DNA from: Schmidtea polychroa
Lineage: Eukaryota
NCBI GenBank assembly: GCA_044892525.1
Contig: CM097886.1
Span: 11,098,001-11,162,000 of the forward strand
DNA: 64,000 nt
Direction of reading: 5' to 3'
The translations under genes were made by a program, and so were the position numbers. Below are positions 37,666-50,141 of this stretch, in pieces (the first letter of the stretch is position 1; every line of letters starts with the position of its first letter). The notes beneath the pieces were generated by a model. The model made no database searches. It saw only the letters and a list, made by a program, of their open reading frames with translations, and was not told the DNA's origin.

Positions 37666-40381
37666 CTTTTAATTTGTTTTTATAAATTTATTGTTTTATT
37701 GTAATACCTTTTAATTAAAACATATTCATTATTAATTCATTTTGTTTTAATATTTGTATTAATTTTTTAAATAGTGTTATTTATATATATGGAAATTTGC
37801 AATTATATATACAATTATATATTATATACAATTATATTTACAATTATATTTACAATTATTATAAATCATAATGATGCTTTTCTTCTTTCCATTGATTCTC
37901 CTCTGATATTACTGCCATAATCATCTTCGACAAAATGCAAAGATAATATTTCTAGTGTCTTTGTTAATCATTCCCATTTATTGCAAAGTCTTTGTTAATT
38001 ATGCACTTGTATTGCAAATTTATTAGTCATACAATTATATTATTTTTTCATGCCCTGACATAATATTATTATTTATTATTATGATTATTTTATTTAACAA
38101 TACCATATAGCAAATTTTTAGGCAATTTAGTGAAAAGTACATGGTTATTTTAAATATAGCGATTTCTTAAGTAAAATATTTCCAGATAAATTTACCAATT
38201 TAGTTAGAAATCCCTGGTTTTTGGCTGTACCATTTAATTAAAATATTCTAGGATTCATAACAAATATTTTGATATAGTTGATACATATACCAATTATTTC
38301 AATTATTTAACTAGAAACATAACTGAATTCTTAGGTAATATAGTATTTTTTAGTTAATTTATAAATATAATCTGACATGTTGATGTATCAATGCAATATA
38401 CAACAAATTAATCAATAAAAACCATAGCATTTTGTAAGTTTCTATATATAGTCTGAATTTATCCGACAAAATATTCTGTCTCCCTACGTGTATTTATCGT
38501 AAGGGTACTGGTCACATTCAACATGTCGCAAGGGTATATTAATTAAGGCCTATGCATATTAGTTAAAAATTCTTAGGTAATTTAGTGAGAAATGGATGAT
38601 CATAGATATCAGAAATTCGTGAATAATTTGAATGTAACTTACCGAATTCTTATTTCGAGCGACTAATTTATTGGTTAACTTTGTCATGTTTAGTCATTTA
38701 TTATTTAGCAAAAGGTAATATATGCATATTTAGCATTTCATAGGTAATTTATTCATCTAGTGTTCATTACAATAGTTTATATAAATTCGTGAGAAATGCA
38801 TGGTCATTAATATATTTATTGATAATTTTGGTAGAAATTCTTTATCATTTGGAGTAAATTTCTATCTTTGTTCGAGGCAAAAAGGAATCATAATAGAAAC
38901 ATGATCATTTGGTTATCATTTAACCATTTAAAGTGCTTATTAGTTAGAAATATAGGGTTACAATTCTTTTTTAATTTAATGAGATGATCATTGGGTGTAA
39001 TATACCTTTGTGAGAAATATATGGTCGTATAGGTTAGGATATTTGAGTAACTTTTACCAAAACATGGATATTTTGTGCGATCAATTTATGAATATTGCTT
39101 AATTTTCTCATTTTTAATCATTTAAAATAATATTTAGCAAAGGTAATTTAGCAAAATATCATTGAAAGATTTATCCATCCGATAACAATATTCCTTCAAT
39201 AGATTTTTTACCCTTAATATTCAACCGATTTAATTTCTAGAAATCTAATTAAAATCATAAATTTCGTTCACTGATATCCACACCATGAATAAAATAACTT
39301 CTTAAATAAAATAATTTAAAGCAATAACCTTTGATATCAATCCCAATTAATTCTAAAGATTTCAAATATTTCATTGTCAAAACCAAGTAAATGGATCATT
39401 AACCCTAAAAGACTTAATAAAACAGTGGATAATTAATAAAAAACTGGTTCTAAAACAAAAAATCTAAATTACTGTGCAATGACATTCATCACAGTCTAAT
39501 AAACCTCTAAAACGATATAATTTCACAGGAACTATTATTAATTCATAGCTAAATACTGAATTTTTTCCCTTTAAAATTTGATATTTTACCAATAAGAACA
39601 TTGTCGATTTAAATAGAGATTTCAAACATTTTCACCTTAACCGATCCCTCACCAAATATTTCTACCCCATTAAATACCCCTTTAAAAATCATATATTACC
39701 ATCTTAACTGAACCTTCACTAAATCCAACCGACTTTAATATATCAGCCCTTTAATATATCAATTCTCTTAAAATTCATACAAAATTCTTCAAAATATGAA
39801 TTTTATTTAATTGTTACAGGCTTCAAACATTCTTCCATTGAAATAATTTATTATCTAAATTCATATAGTAAGAGCCCACTAAAAGATCAAAATTCACTAA
39901 AATCAATATTTTCTACAAATATTTCACCACATTTACCATCAAATACCTAACTAGAGATGAAATATATTGATCATAATTCTTCATCGATTCAGCAAATTAT
40001 ATAGCAATTATAACGTGATATATCTTTCAAAATCACAAATTTCAGTAGATTTTACAATAATTTTCAAGTAGATTTCAAATATGTCATGATGATAAATTAG
40101 CTGGTTTCAACTGTAGATTTTCAATATTTAAAAGTTCATCAATATTCTTAGAAAATATATGAAAAAATTATTTAGTCAAATTCAATATCATTACAAAGTT
40201 ATCATAAAAATTAAATAATAAAACTCTAATTATTAACCTAACTGTCATTAAAAATAATTTTTATTTAAAATTAAATTTAAAAATAAGTCAATAAAATATA
40301 GCAAATTAACAAGAAATTAATTATATTTGTCTTAGAATTAACACTAAAACTTTAAATTTTTAAATATTCTTTCAATTATTC

Positions 40382-40793
40382 ACAGGCTTGACAATTGTGA
40401 ACATTCTTATCGTGACACTTAGAACAAACAATTACGTGACCACACGGTAAATACAAAACCGAAACTTTTCTTAACATCGTTCAGTTTTTCCGTTAGCTTA
40501 TTTTCAATCAAATCGGCTTTTGCTATCCATTCATAAATCAATCTACTATATCCCGGTTTCAACCTTAAATACATGCAACTCCAAAAGTATTCATTCAGTG
40601 AATCGTTGTTTACCATTGTTTTTTTTCTAAATACATTAAATAACTTCAAAATGCATTTATCATAATTAAATAATTCAATCAAATATTCAATAGAGGAAGG
40701 TTTGAAAATTTTTAAAAGATTTATGATTTCCTTATCAGTGTAAGTATCATGATTATTTATAAAATCTTCAACTGTGCTGTTAAAAAATTTCAA
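40382..40793 (-). pseudogene. Inverted duplicate of the RING gene, truncated after ..HNCQAC
   Basis: Near-identical to 36865-37277 (H32P and one silent change seen). Confidence 0.85.
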
Positions 40794-41651
40794 TGAACGC
40801 TTATCTTCGGAATAGGTTGAACTTAATTTTTCCTTATTTCTAGTAGGACTTCCTTGCTATAAATGACATATATAAAAAAAAATATTGACAAAATAATAAA
40901 GTTACTAAATGTGTTTTGTGATTTACACAATCATATTCATACTTGTAGAAATCAGTAATAAATAAATTTCTTAATAACTAAATTACTTTTGTTTTTACAT
41001 TTATAAAAATTGAGATAGCCAATCAAATTAGCGTTTTCAAAATGTAGAAATTGTAACCATGGTTGAACCTTCAAATGTCTAAGTAACATCATATTGTATA
41101 ACAATAATAATAAGCATGACTAGTACCCTTGCAACATGTTGAGTGTGAGCAGTACCCATAGGGGGACAAAATATTTTGTCNNNNNNNNNNNNNNNNNNNN
41201 NNNNNNNNNNNNNNNNNNNNNNNNNNNNNNNNNNNNNNNNNNNNNNNNNNNNNNNNNNNNNNNNNNNNNNNNNNNNNNNNNNNNNNNNNNNNNNNNNNNN
41301 NNNNNNNNAATAAGAAATTTGAAAATAATTTTGAAAATGATATTTTATAACTAAAATAAGAATTTTGAAGATAATGATCATGAAAATATTGAAAATCGTG
41401 AAAATTATGAAAATGTTGAAAATGATGAAAACGTTGAAAATAATGAAAATGTTCCTGAAAATGTTGAAAATCGTGAAAATATTGAAAATGATGAAAATAT
41501 TGAAAATGATGAAAACGTTAAAATTATGAAAATGTTCCTGAAAATAATCATCAAATATTGAAAATCGTAAATTGAGGCAGAAATTAAGTTTTATGAATAT
41601 TTTAGTAAATAATAATAAAAAATCGACAATAATAATAATAGTAATAATAAT

Positions 41652-41697
<46 letters not shown>

Positions 41698-43019
41698 TTT
41701 TGAAAATAATAATAATATTTTGAAAAATAATAATATGACCTTGAAAATAATAATAATAATAATATTTTGAAAATAATAATAATATTTTGAAAAATAATAT
41801 GACCTTGACAATAATAATATGACCTTGAAAATAATAAAATAATAATTATAAAGTTATAATAATAATATTAATACCCTTGCGACATGTTGAACGTGACCAG
41901 TACCCTTACGACAAATACACATAGGGGGACAGAATATTTTGTCGGATAGACTAGGAGTATATAATAATAATAATATTGATTAAAACTTTGGAAATAATAA
42001 TTTTGAAAATAACATCTTCCGCGCGGGCGGTAATATCTTTCCAAATATTAATGATAAATTAAATTATTACGTAATCGAAATTTAAAACAAAAAAAATATT
42101 ATTATATAATTAACGATTTAAATAAAATTAAATTATTACGTATTCGATAATTAAAACAAAAATTAAAATATTATTATATAATTAACGATTTAAATAAAAT
42201 TAAATTAATAAGTAATCGATAATTAAAGCAAAAATAAAAATAATATATAATCAACGATTTAAACAAAATTAAATTATTAGGTATTCGATAATTAAAACAA
42301 AAAAAAATTTTATTATATAATCAACGATTTAAACAAAATTAAATTATTACGTATTCGATAATTAAAACAAAAAAAAATAAAAATATTATTATATAATTAA
42401 CAATTTAAACAAAATTAAATTATTACGTAAACAAAAAATAAACCGCTGGAACAAAAATAGATGTCTTTGTTACTAAAAATAGAACGACCTTGGTGAGTCA
42501 TCGGATCAAAAATGTTACTAAAATTATATTAAAAATGTTACTAAAAATAGATGTCTTTGTTACTCAAAATAGAACGACCTTGGTGACTCAGCGACTGAGT
42601 CATTGTCTTTGTTTAAATTACCNNNNNNNNNNNNNNNNNNNNNNNNNNNNNNNNNNNNNNNNNNNNNNNNNNNNNNNNNNNNNNNNNNNNNNNNNNNNNN
42701 NNNNNNNNNNNNNNNNNNNNNNNNNNNNNNNNNNNNNNNNNNNNNNNNNNNNNNNNNNNNNNATTAATAAATCCCATGGGCGCGTCATTGTCTATGTTCT
42801 GAAAATGATGAGTTTGTTCAAAAAATAAATGAGTTTTATTATGAATTTTATTACCGTTTGTTTGATATGTATATTATAAGGTTTGAAAAATTTAAACCTT
42901 GGATCCTTGGACTCTTTTGACCTTCAAACTTGGACCATCATACTCATCTTTAAATTACCTTTTGTTTGATATGTATATTATAAGGTTTTTAAATTTTTGA
43001 ACCTTGGACCCTTGGACCT

Positions 43020-43050
43020 TCGAACTCACCATCAAAAGTCCTTTTGAATG

Positions 43051-43081
<31 letters not shown>

Positions 43082-44130
43082 GATTTGAAAAATATTTAAT
43101 TTTGGATACCCTTTGAAGGTTATTGACCCACCATATACCTTTGAGGATATAGCCATTAGATAGACCTCTCAAATACTTTTCGACTGATATATATATATTA
43201 TAAAGTTTGAAAAAATTCGAAGGTTTTTGACCCTTTGAAGGCCGAGGACCCACCATACACCTTCGAGGGTATGACCATCATACTTACCTNNNNNNNNNNN
43301 NNNNNNNNNNNNNNNNNNNNNNNNNNNNNNNNNNNNNNNNNNNNNNNNNNNNNNNNNNNNNNNNNNNNNNNNNNNNNNNNNNNNNNNNNNNNNNNNNNNN
43401 NNNNNNNNNNNNNNNNNNNNNNNNNNNNNNNCGAAGTTTTTTGACCCTTTAAAGGTTATTGACCAACCATACACCTTCGAAGATATGACCATTAGATAGA
43501 CCTCTCAAATACCTTTCGACTGATATATATATATTATAAAGTTTGAAAAAATTCGAAGGTTTTTGACCCTTTGAAGGCCGAGGACCCACCATACACCTTC
43601 GAGGGTATGACCATCATACTTACCTCTCAAATACCTTTCGACTGATATATATATATTATAAAGTTTGAAAAAATTCGAAGGTTTTTGACCCTTTGAAGGC
43701 CGAGGACCCACCATACACCTTCGAGGGTATGACCATCATACTTACCTCTCAAATACCTTTCGACTGATATATATATATTATAAAGTTTGAAAAAATTCGA
43801 AGGTTTTTGACCCTTTAAAGGATATTGACCAACCATACACCTTCGAGGATATGACCATTAGATAGACCTCTCAAATACCTTTCGACTGATATATATATAT
43901 TATAAAGTTTGAAAAAATTCGAAGGTTTTTGACCCTTTGAAGGCCGAGGACCCACCATACACCTTCGAGGGTATGACCATCATACTTACCTCTCAAATAC
44001 CTTTCGACTGATATATATATATTATAAAGTTTGAAAATATTCGAAGTTTTTTGACCCTTTGAAGGTTATTGACCAACCATCAACCTTCGAGGATATGACC
44101 ATTAGATAGACCTCTCAAATACCTTTCGAA
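43020..44130 (-). repeat. ~122-bp tandem repeat, inverted relative to 34950-35600
   Basis: Identical peptides in ORFs spaced 122 nt apart (43505 and 43627); spans a gap. Confidence 0.92.
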
Positions 44131-44139
44131 TGATACCCT

Positions 44140-44442
44140 TTGGTGAAGGTTTGACCTTAAAATATGGCCTTGACCTTAAAAAATATGATCTTGACCTTTA
44201 AAAATATGACCTTGACCCTTAAAAAATATGACCTTGACCTTAAAAATATGGCCTTGACCTTAAAAAATATGACCTTGATGAGTCATCATATGACCTTGAG
44301 TGAGTCATGGTCTTTGTTTCAATGACCTTGATGAGTCATATGTCTTTGTTTAGAATTTGACCTTGAAAAAAAAATTTCGTTTACCCCCCCCGGGGTAGTG
44401 TGCCAGAGGTGACATGTGCCAGTGGTGACACATCCCACTACT
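44140..44442 (-). mobile_element. Nested Polinton-like terminus (AGTAGTGGGATGTG) at the 3' end of the PX-like gene
   Basis: Revcomp AGTAGT at 44442, G-run, AP-1 and TCAAGGTCA motifs; inner part is the inverse of 34700-34960. Confidence 0.7.
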
Positions 44443-44760
44443 AATAGCGCCCAATAAACATTGTTGATACGCACAATTTAGATGAGTTCCATAAATACAG
44501 TGAATATTTTCTAGGATTTTCCGAATGGTTTTGAATTGGTACAATATTAATCGTAAATTCGGGAAGCTTTTCTTTAGTTTTTGATACTTTCTTTCATCGA
44601 TAACATAGAAAATACTTTCATTTTTTATTGTTTTCAAATATTCTTCGTGAAATTTCGAATTAATGTAAACACAATGTATAGGCTCTAAAATATTATTCAC
44701 ATCCATAATACATAATTCAGTAACAGTATCAAATAGAATATCAATGAAAAAACAAGTCAT
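44443..44760 (-). CDS. Polinton-associated small protein (PX-like) ending in a C..H..CA motif
   Basis: IFYVIDERKYQKLKK..IHCIYGTHLNCAYQQC; adjacent to the protease. Confidence 0.45.
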
Positions 44761-44778
44761 TTAAAAAAAAACATTTAT

Positions 44779-45140
44779 TTAGTAATGTTTATACATTAGC
44801 CAAGCAAGACAATGTTGACCACATGTTTGAGTCAATGGATGTTGAAACTGAATTTTGTTGTATTCAATAGGACCACCATATAAGGTTAGTTTTTTGATCA
44901 AGAGAGTTAGATAATAGAAACCCATAGGATCGGAAACATATACTTTATCGGGCTTCTTATAGACTGCAATCCAGTGTTCTCCACCAAGAGTAGACGAATC
45001 AGTGTTGACAATAATGGCTTGATTGTTTTTTAAATAGGGAATTTTATCTAATGGGTACACTCCAACAAAATTATTTCACAGAATTTGATAACCAATTCGA
45101 TTAACCTGAACAGAATGATTATAATAATAACATAGGTTAT
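44779..45140 (-). CDS. Adenain-like cysteine protease (Polinton PRO); 5' end has a stop
   Basis: FVGVYPLDKIP, IIVNTDSSTLGGEHWIAV, YVSDPMG, QFQHPLTQTCGQHCLAWL. Confidence 0.9.
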
Positions 45141-45149
45141 TAAAAACTT

Positions 45150-45589
45150 ACTCCATGATATGCTAATTTCTTTCTTTACTTCATTTATGATCAATAAAAA
45201 AAATTTTTTGTTCAAACCAACAATGTGGAAACAAACCAAAAGCGGAAAACACTATTATATTTTTCAAAATTGGAAAATGTCGAATAATGGGTTGTAAAGC
45301 TACAATAATTACGACTGATTTGCAGTATAAAAATACAAATATAGTGTTACAATCAATTATCGTTACTATAGATCTGGGAAAATGTATTAATTTATACAAA
45401 TTGAGTAAACAAACCAATTGCATGTTCGAACCAGAATTATTTCCAGCTTTGAAACTTTTACAATATAACCCTTTGTGTGTCAATGTGTTTTCGAGTGGAA
45501 AAGTTGTTGTGTTAGGGCTTGGAAATTTAGATTACATCTCATTCGTTGATAATTTAGTAAAGGATATCATAAGATTGGTTGAAAATTGA
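45150..45589 (+). CDS. TBP-like protein (two TBP repeats, frameshift in the first)
   Basis: TIIFFKIGKCRIMGCK; LQSIIVTIDLG..INL..L..MFEPELFPAL..CVNVFSSGKVVVLG. Confidence 0.8.
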
Positions 45590-48500
45590 TTGGTTGAGAA
45601 ATGATACTTAATATGGTTATCAAATACGATAATTCTTTTTTTTTCACAATGAATAATCTTACTGAAAATGGTATTTTATAATTAATTATTTTCAATTTTA
45701 TCATTTATATTTAGAAAAGTTGATGTCGATTTTGTTAATGAAATTTTGAAAAAGTATGAGTCATAACATTTTTTTGCTATGGGGGGGGGTACATGTCTTT
45801 GTTCTAACTTAGAAAAATTTTGAAAAAGTATGAGTCATAAAACCTTTTTGCTATGGGGGGTACATGTCTTTGTCTTGACTTAGAAAAATTTTGAAAAATA
45901 TATATGACTCATGCTTTTCACCCGACATGATGGGTTTGACACGTTGTAGAACTAAGACCATGAGTCATACACACACATATGATACACCCACGTGACCCCT
46001 GACTCACCCTCTACACTATGAGTCATCAAACGATGAGTCATCACAGGAAGTGATGAGTCATAGGTCTTTGTGCCAGCGGGCTCACATCTACCTTAGAAAA
46101 ATTTTGAAAGATATATGACTCATGCTTTTCACCCGACATGATGGGTTTGAACCGCTGTAGAACAAATCCCATGAGTCATACACACATATATGATACACCC
46201 ACATGACCCCTGACTCACCCTCTACATGATGAGTCATCACTGAAAAGTGACGAGTCATAGGTCTTTGTGCCAGCGGGCTCATATCTACCTACTAACTAAG
46301 CTAAAGGGCCAGGACATTATGGTAAATTAAATTTTAATTATCTCAATAATCAAATTTTAAAATTTCAGATATTTTTACTTTCAATTGATTTGACTAATAA
46401 ATATGTTGCCATGCGCTTATTCAATGAGTAATTTTATAAAAATGTGCTAATGATCATCAAAAGACTTTTCTATGATAATCTGTAATATTGTTATCATTCA
46501 CATGAATTTTCAAGTTATGGACAAGCATAATTGATAAACGAAGTTAAAAATAAAATTTTCGGAATATGAATTATTTTAATTTACTCAAAATAACATTTTT
46601 TTCTGACGAAAATATTCTTGAATACAACAAAATATTGATCTAGTAGTAGGTAGATGCAATGATTAGCAAGAGGCTCCCTAACCTCACCCTCTTTAAGATG
46701 AAGTCACCATTAAATTTGATTTTTAAGTGAAATTTTCCTTTTAGCTCTATCTCGCTGTAGATCGGGGGTGAGATCTTCAAAATATTATTTCGGCAAAAAT
46801 TTGGAGGATGACGTCACCTAAATAGATTGAAGGACAAGTAAATGACAACCATTTTACTGTTACACCTAATTCCGAAATTTAATAACTTCTATAATCTAAA
46901 AAAAATCAATAAATATATATTATAGAAACACACAAACTTACCTGTGTGTAGAAATTTATTGTTCCGAAATTTAGTAACTTTATTATAGGTTTTGTGAAGG
47001 TGAGAGAAAAATAACTGAACACACCAATACAAAATACATAATGAAAAATGCATTCAAAATTCTTATATAGGTTTTTGTTCCGAAATAAATAACTGTTAAC
47101 ATATTGTTAAAATATAATTATTTTAAAATTATTAAAAAATGCAAGAAAATATTTTTAATTTAGATTCCGACAGCTCTACCTTGAGCTTTAGGGAAAAAGA
47201 AGAAAATACAATGTAAGTTTTATTCATTAAATTACAAAATATTAAAATATTTTATAGTATGTGTGAAGGCAGCATTTCAAATATTGAAGGTCCTTCGAGA
47301 TCTTTTGATTTACAGAAAGAAAAAAGCCATCGAAAATGAGCTGCAGAAAGAAGATTATAAAAATTAAAAAAACTATTTCATTCATGTACGCCGATTTTTT
47401 CCTAAATGTCTTAAAAAAATAAATGTGTTTGGTGATTACTTTATTTATTTATAAATATAAAAATATCTAACTTACATTTTAGCGAAATAAATCCATATTA
47501 ATGCATAAAATATCATAAATTTCCTAAAAACACCTGAAATTTAATTATTAATATATTTATAAATGATAAATTATAAACGATGACTAACAGTAATATTTAA
47601 GAACTTGAATAATGATCTCATAATTATATAAAATCAAAATTCAAGTCTTAAAATATACTTGAAATTAAAAAAATTACCTGAAAACCATTTTTAATAAATT
47701 AAATAAATGAAATTTAATAACTTCATTTTCACGTAAATGGTAACTCACCTCAACTGGTGTGCACACCAACGTGAATTATAGAGGTTATTAAATTTCGGAA
47801 TTGGGTGTATATATAATTAAAGTCTTTAGTTCCTTTCTAAAATAACCTGTATATAAATCTAATTTTATTGAATTTGAATGTTAAAATATTCATTTATTAT
47901 ATCTTTAAAACAGTTAATATTTGTATTTAAATCAAACATAAACATAAATTTAATTTGTTATGTTTTATGAAATATTTCGACACTGCCAAGCGCATTTTTC
48001 GAATCATTTATTAAAATTTGTCATTTTTTCTGGTCTTGGAATATTTTAATTAAAAACTCAACATAAAATAAAATTTAATTTCCACCATTTTCAATACAGT
48101 TATAATAAAAAAAAAATTTATAAATACATTTTTAGTAATTTAAATTTAGGGAAATATTTTTAAAACATTTATCTAAATTGAATAATGATTAATCCCAATA
48201 ACCGTTAATTGGTGGTTGTTTATTATCAATTATATGCCATCAAGTTTATGTTTAGAATGATAAAACTTAAGTAAATATTTAAGTATCATTTAAATTTAAA
48301 ACAATTTTCTATGTTAAAGAAGTTGTGTAACAAGTTATAATTTAATTTTGAAAAATTAATAATTGAAAGACTCAACTTTGCTGCTTCTTATATAAATAAA
48401 ACCAAGTCTCAGTATAAATATTTATTAATAATAAAAATTACCTAAAATAAACAATGCAAGTTTCCAAATAAATCGTATTATCAATTCAAACAATTATTTC

Positions 48501-49539
48501 TTGTATTCAATTGATTTTGAGCTACTTTAAAATTACTGCAAATATGTATTTGTTAATATTCTATGTGATGCGCGCTTTTGTAAAAATTACTGCTTTTGAG
48601 AAAATCTGTGAGACAATTCTGTTCAATCTCGGGTTTTAATTATTTCTCCGTATTACATTCGAAATTGCTATAACGCTAATTTTTGGCGATTATACTAAAT
48701 ATATTTGGGTTATTTATACTAGATTTTTAAAGCAACTGTTGTAAAATAAATTATATTAATTTATAATATTAAGAGTGTTATTTATTTCGAGTGTGATCTT
48801 ATTTTATTTTTATTTTCAATTAATTCAAGAATACTTGAATTATTCTGACTAAATCTTTCCAGCTGTTTTCTAATAATTTTATTGAAAAGGGAATTTTACC
48901 TTTAATTAAAAATTTGTTTTTCATATTAGTATTAATTTATTTGAAATAATTTTCCTTTTATAGATAAAAATTATATTGAAATCATTTATACCGATTAAAA
49001 GAGTAATAAAAAATAAAATACTCAAGCTATTAAATATATACACCCGATACCATAAAAATATACATTACAATTAAGGAATAAAATGATCGTAATTAATTGT
49101 CAAAATAAAAAATACACATAAATAATATCCACATGATAAAGAATATAAGAAATATGCATAAATTGTCAAATAGTTCAAGGATAGTCAATTGTCATGTTTT
49201 CAGATTGTTTTGAATTGACTTGGATTGATTGAATTGTTTTTGGATTGAATTGGGTGCATGGTCTCATCTCGGATCTATCGCCTTTCTTCAGCACATATAT
49301 TGACCCTATATTTACTGGGCCCCGTCTTATAGTATTTTTTAAGGGTGAATGTGTTGATGGGCCTACCCTCATCATCCAACATTCCTCACTGGGCCGTCAA
49401 GATAATGTCCGCATTATTTTTTATGCTACGAACTAACTCTATTTCGCAGTCTTGAATGAGCATTTTCGTCCGATTGAACTCTTTGCCCAATGCGATATTC
49501 AAGATATCCTCTCGTTTATTTGTCCTCCAAAATGACGAG

Positions 49540-50073
49540 TCAACTCTTTTTCTGTGATTTGTTGTCTTTATTTTTCGATTACAAAATTGGGCTCTTCTAT
49601 GTTTATGTCAGGTTCCAGTCTCAGTTCATCATATGTTTCATCGACGCTCATTGTGTCTTCTTCTTCGCCACTGTCTTGTTCTTCTGCTGAGAAGTACTCT
49701 TCATCCGAATCTAGATCGCACTCTGTTATCATCTTTGTTCATGTCATTCTAGTTTAACTGTTTGCACAGGCTCCTGTTTTCTTTCTTCCGATATGAATAT
49801 TAAATCATCGTCGCTATCCTCTAGCTTGTTTTCAAATGTTCTTCGAGTTCCATCTCTGTGAAAATTTAGTTCGAATTGTGAGGGCTCAATATACATGTCT
49901 TCATCTTCCATATATAAATCATCTTCTGTTGCTGTTGGTTGTGAGTTTTCTGATCTCGCATTCCATTTCACTACCTCCTCCCATTGTGTTTCAACAATGT
50001 CATAAATGACATTTAGGATTGATGTGGTGTGCCTCGCCGAAAAGGGTTCTGGTTTCTTTAGTATTTCATTCAC
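49540..50073 (-). pseudogene. Unknown acidic ORF with SIM-like DDDLIFISEE
   Basis: 109-aa ORF plus a frameshifted acidic continuation; higher GC than its flanks. Confidence 0.35.
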
Positions 50074-50141
50074 TGATTTGTATTTCTACCACATTTTGTG
50101 GTGTTGATGACTTGGTAGGCCAGATTTGATAACTTGATTAT

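Larger units (their letters stand above)
30610..46293. mobile_element. Polinton/Maverick-ended 15.7-kb element without recognisable polB, integrase or MCP
   Basis: Left end AGCAGGTAGATGTGAGCCCGCTGGCACAAAGACC, right end (revcomp) AGTAGGTAGATATGAGCCCGCTGGCACAAAGACC; ~500-bp TIRs with an internal ~197-bp duplication; flanks AACCAA/AACTAA (6-bp TSD, one mismatch); carries an adenain-like protease. Confidence 0.85.

Noticed and set aside
37700-40300. Central AT-rich spacer as a possible decayed gene
   Set aside because: No sustained reading frame or motif recognised; needs a translated profile search.
46660-47370. Scattered splice-like signals and short frames
   Set aside because: Could not assemble a coherent gene on either strand.
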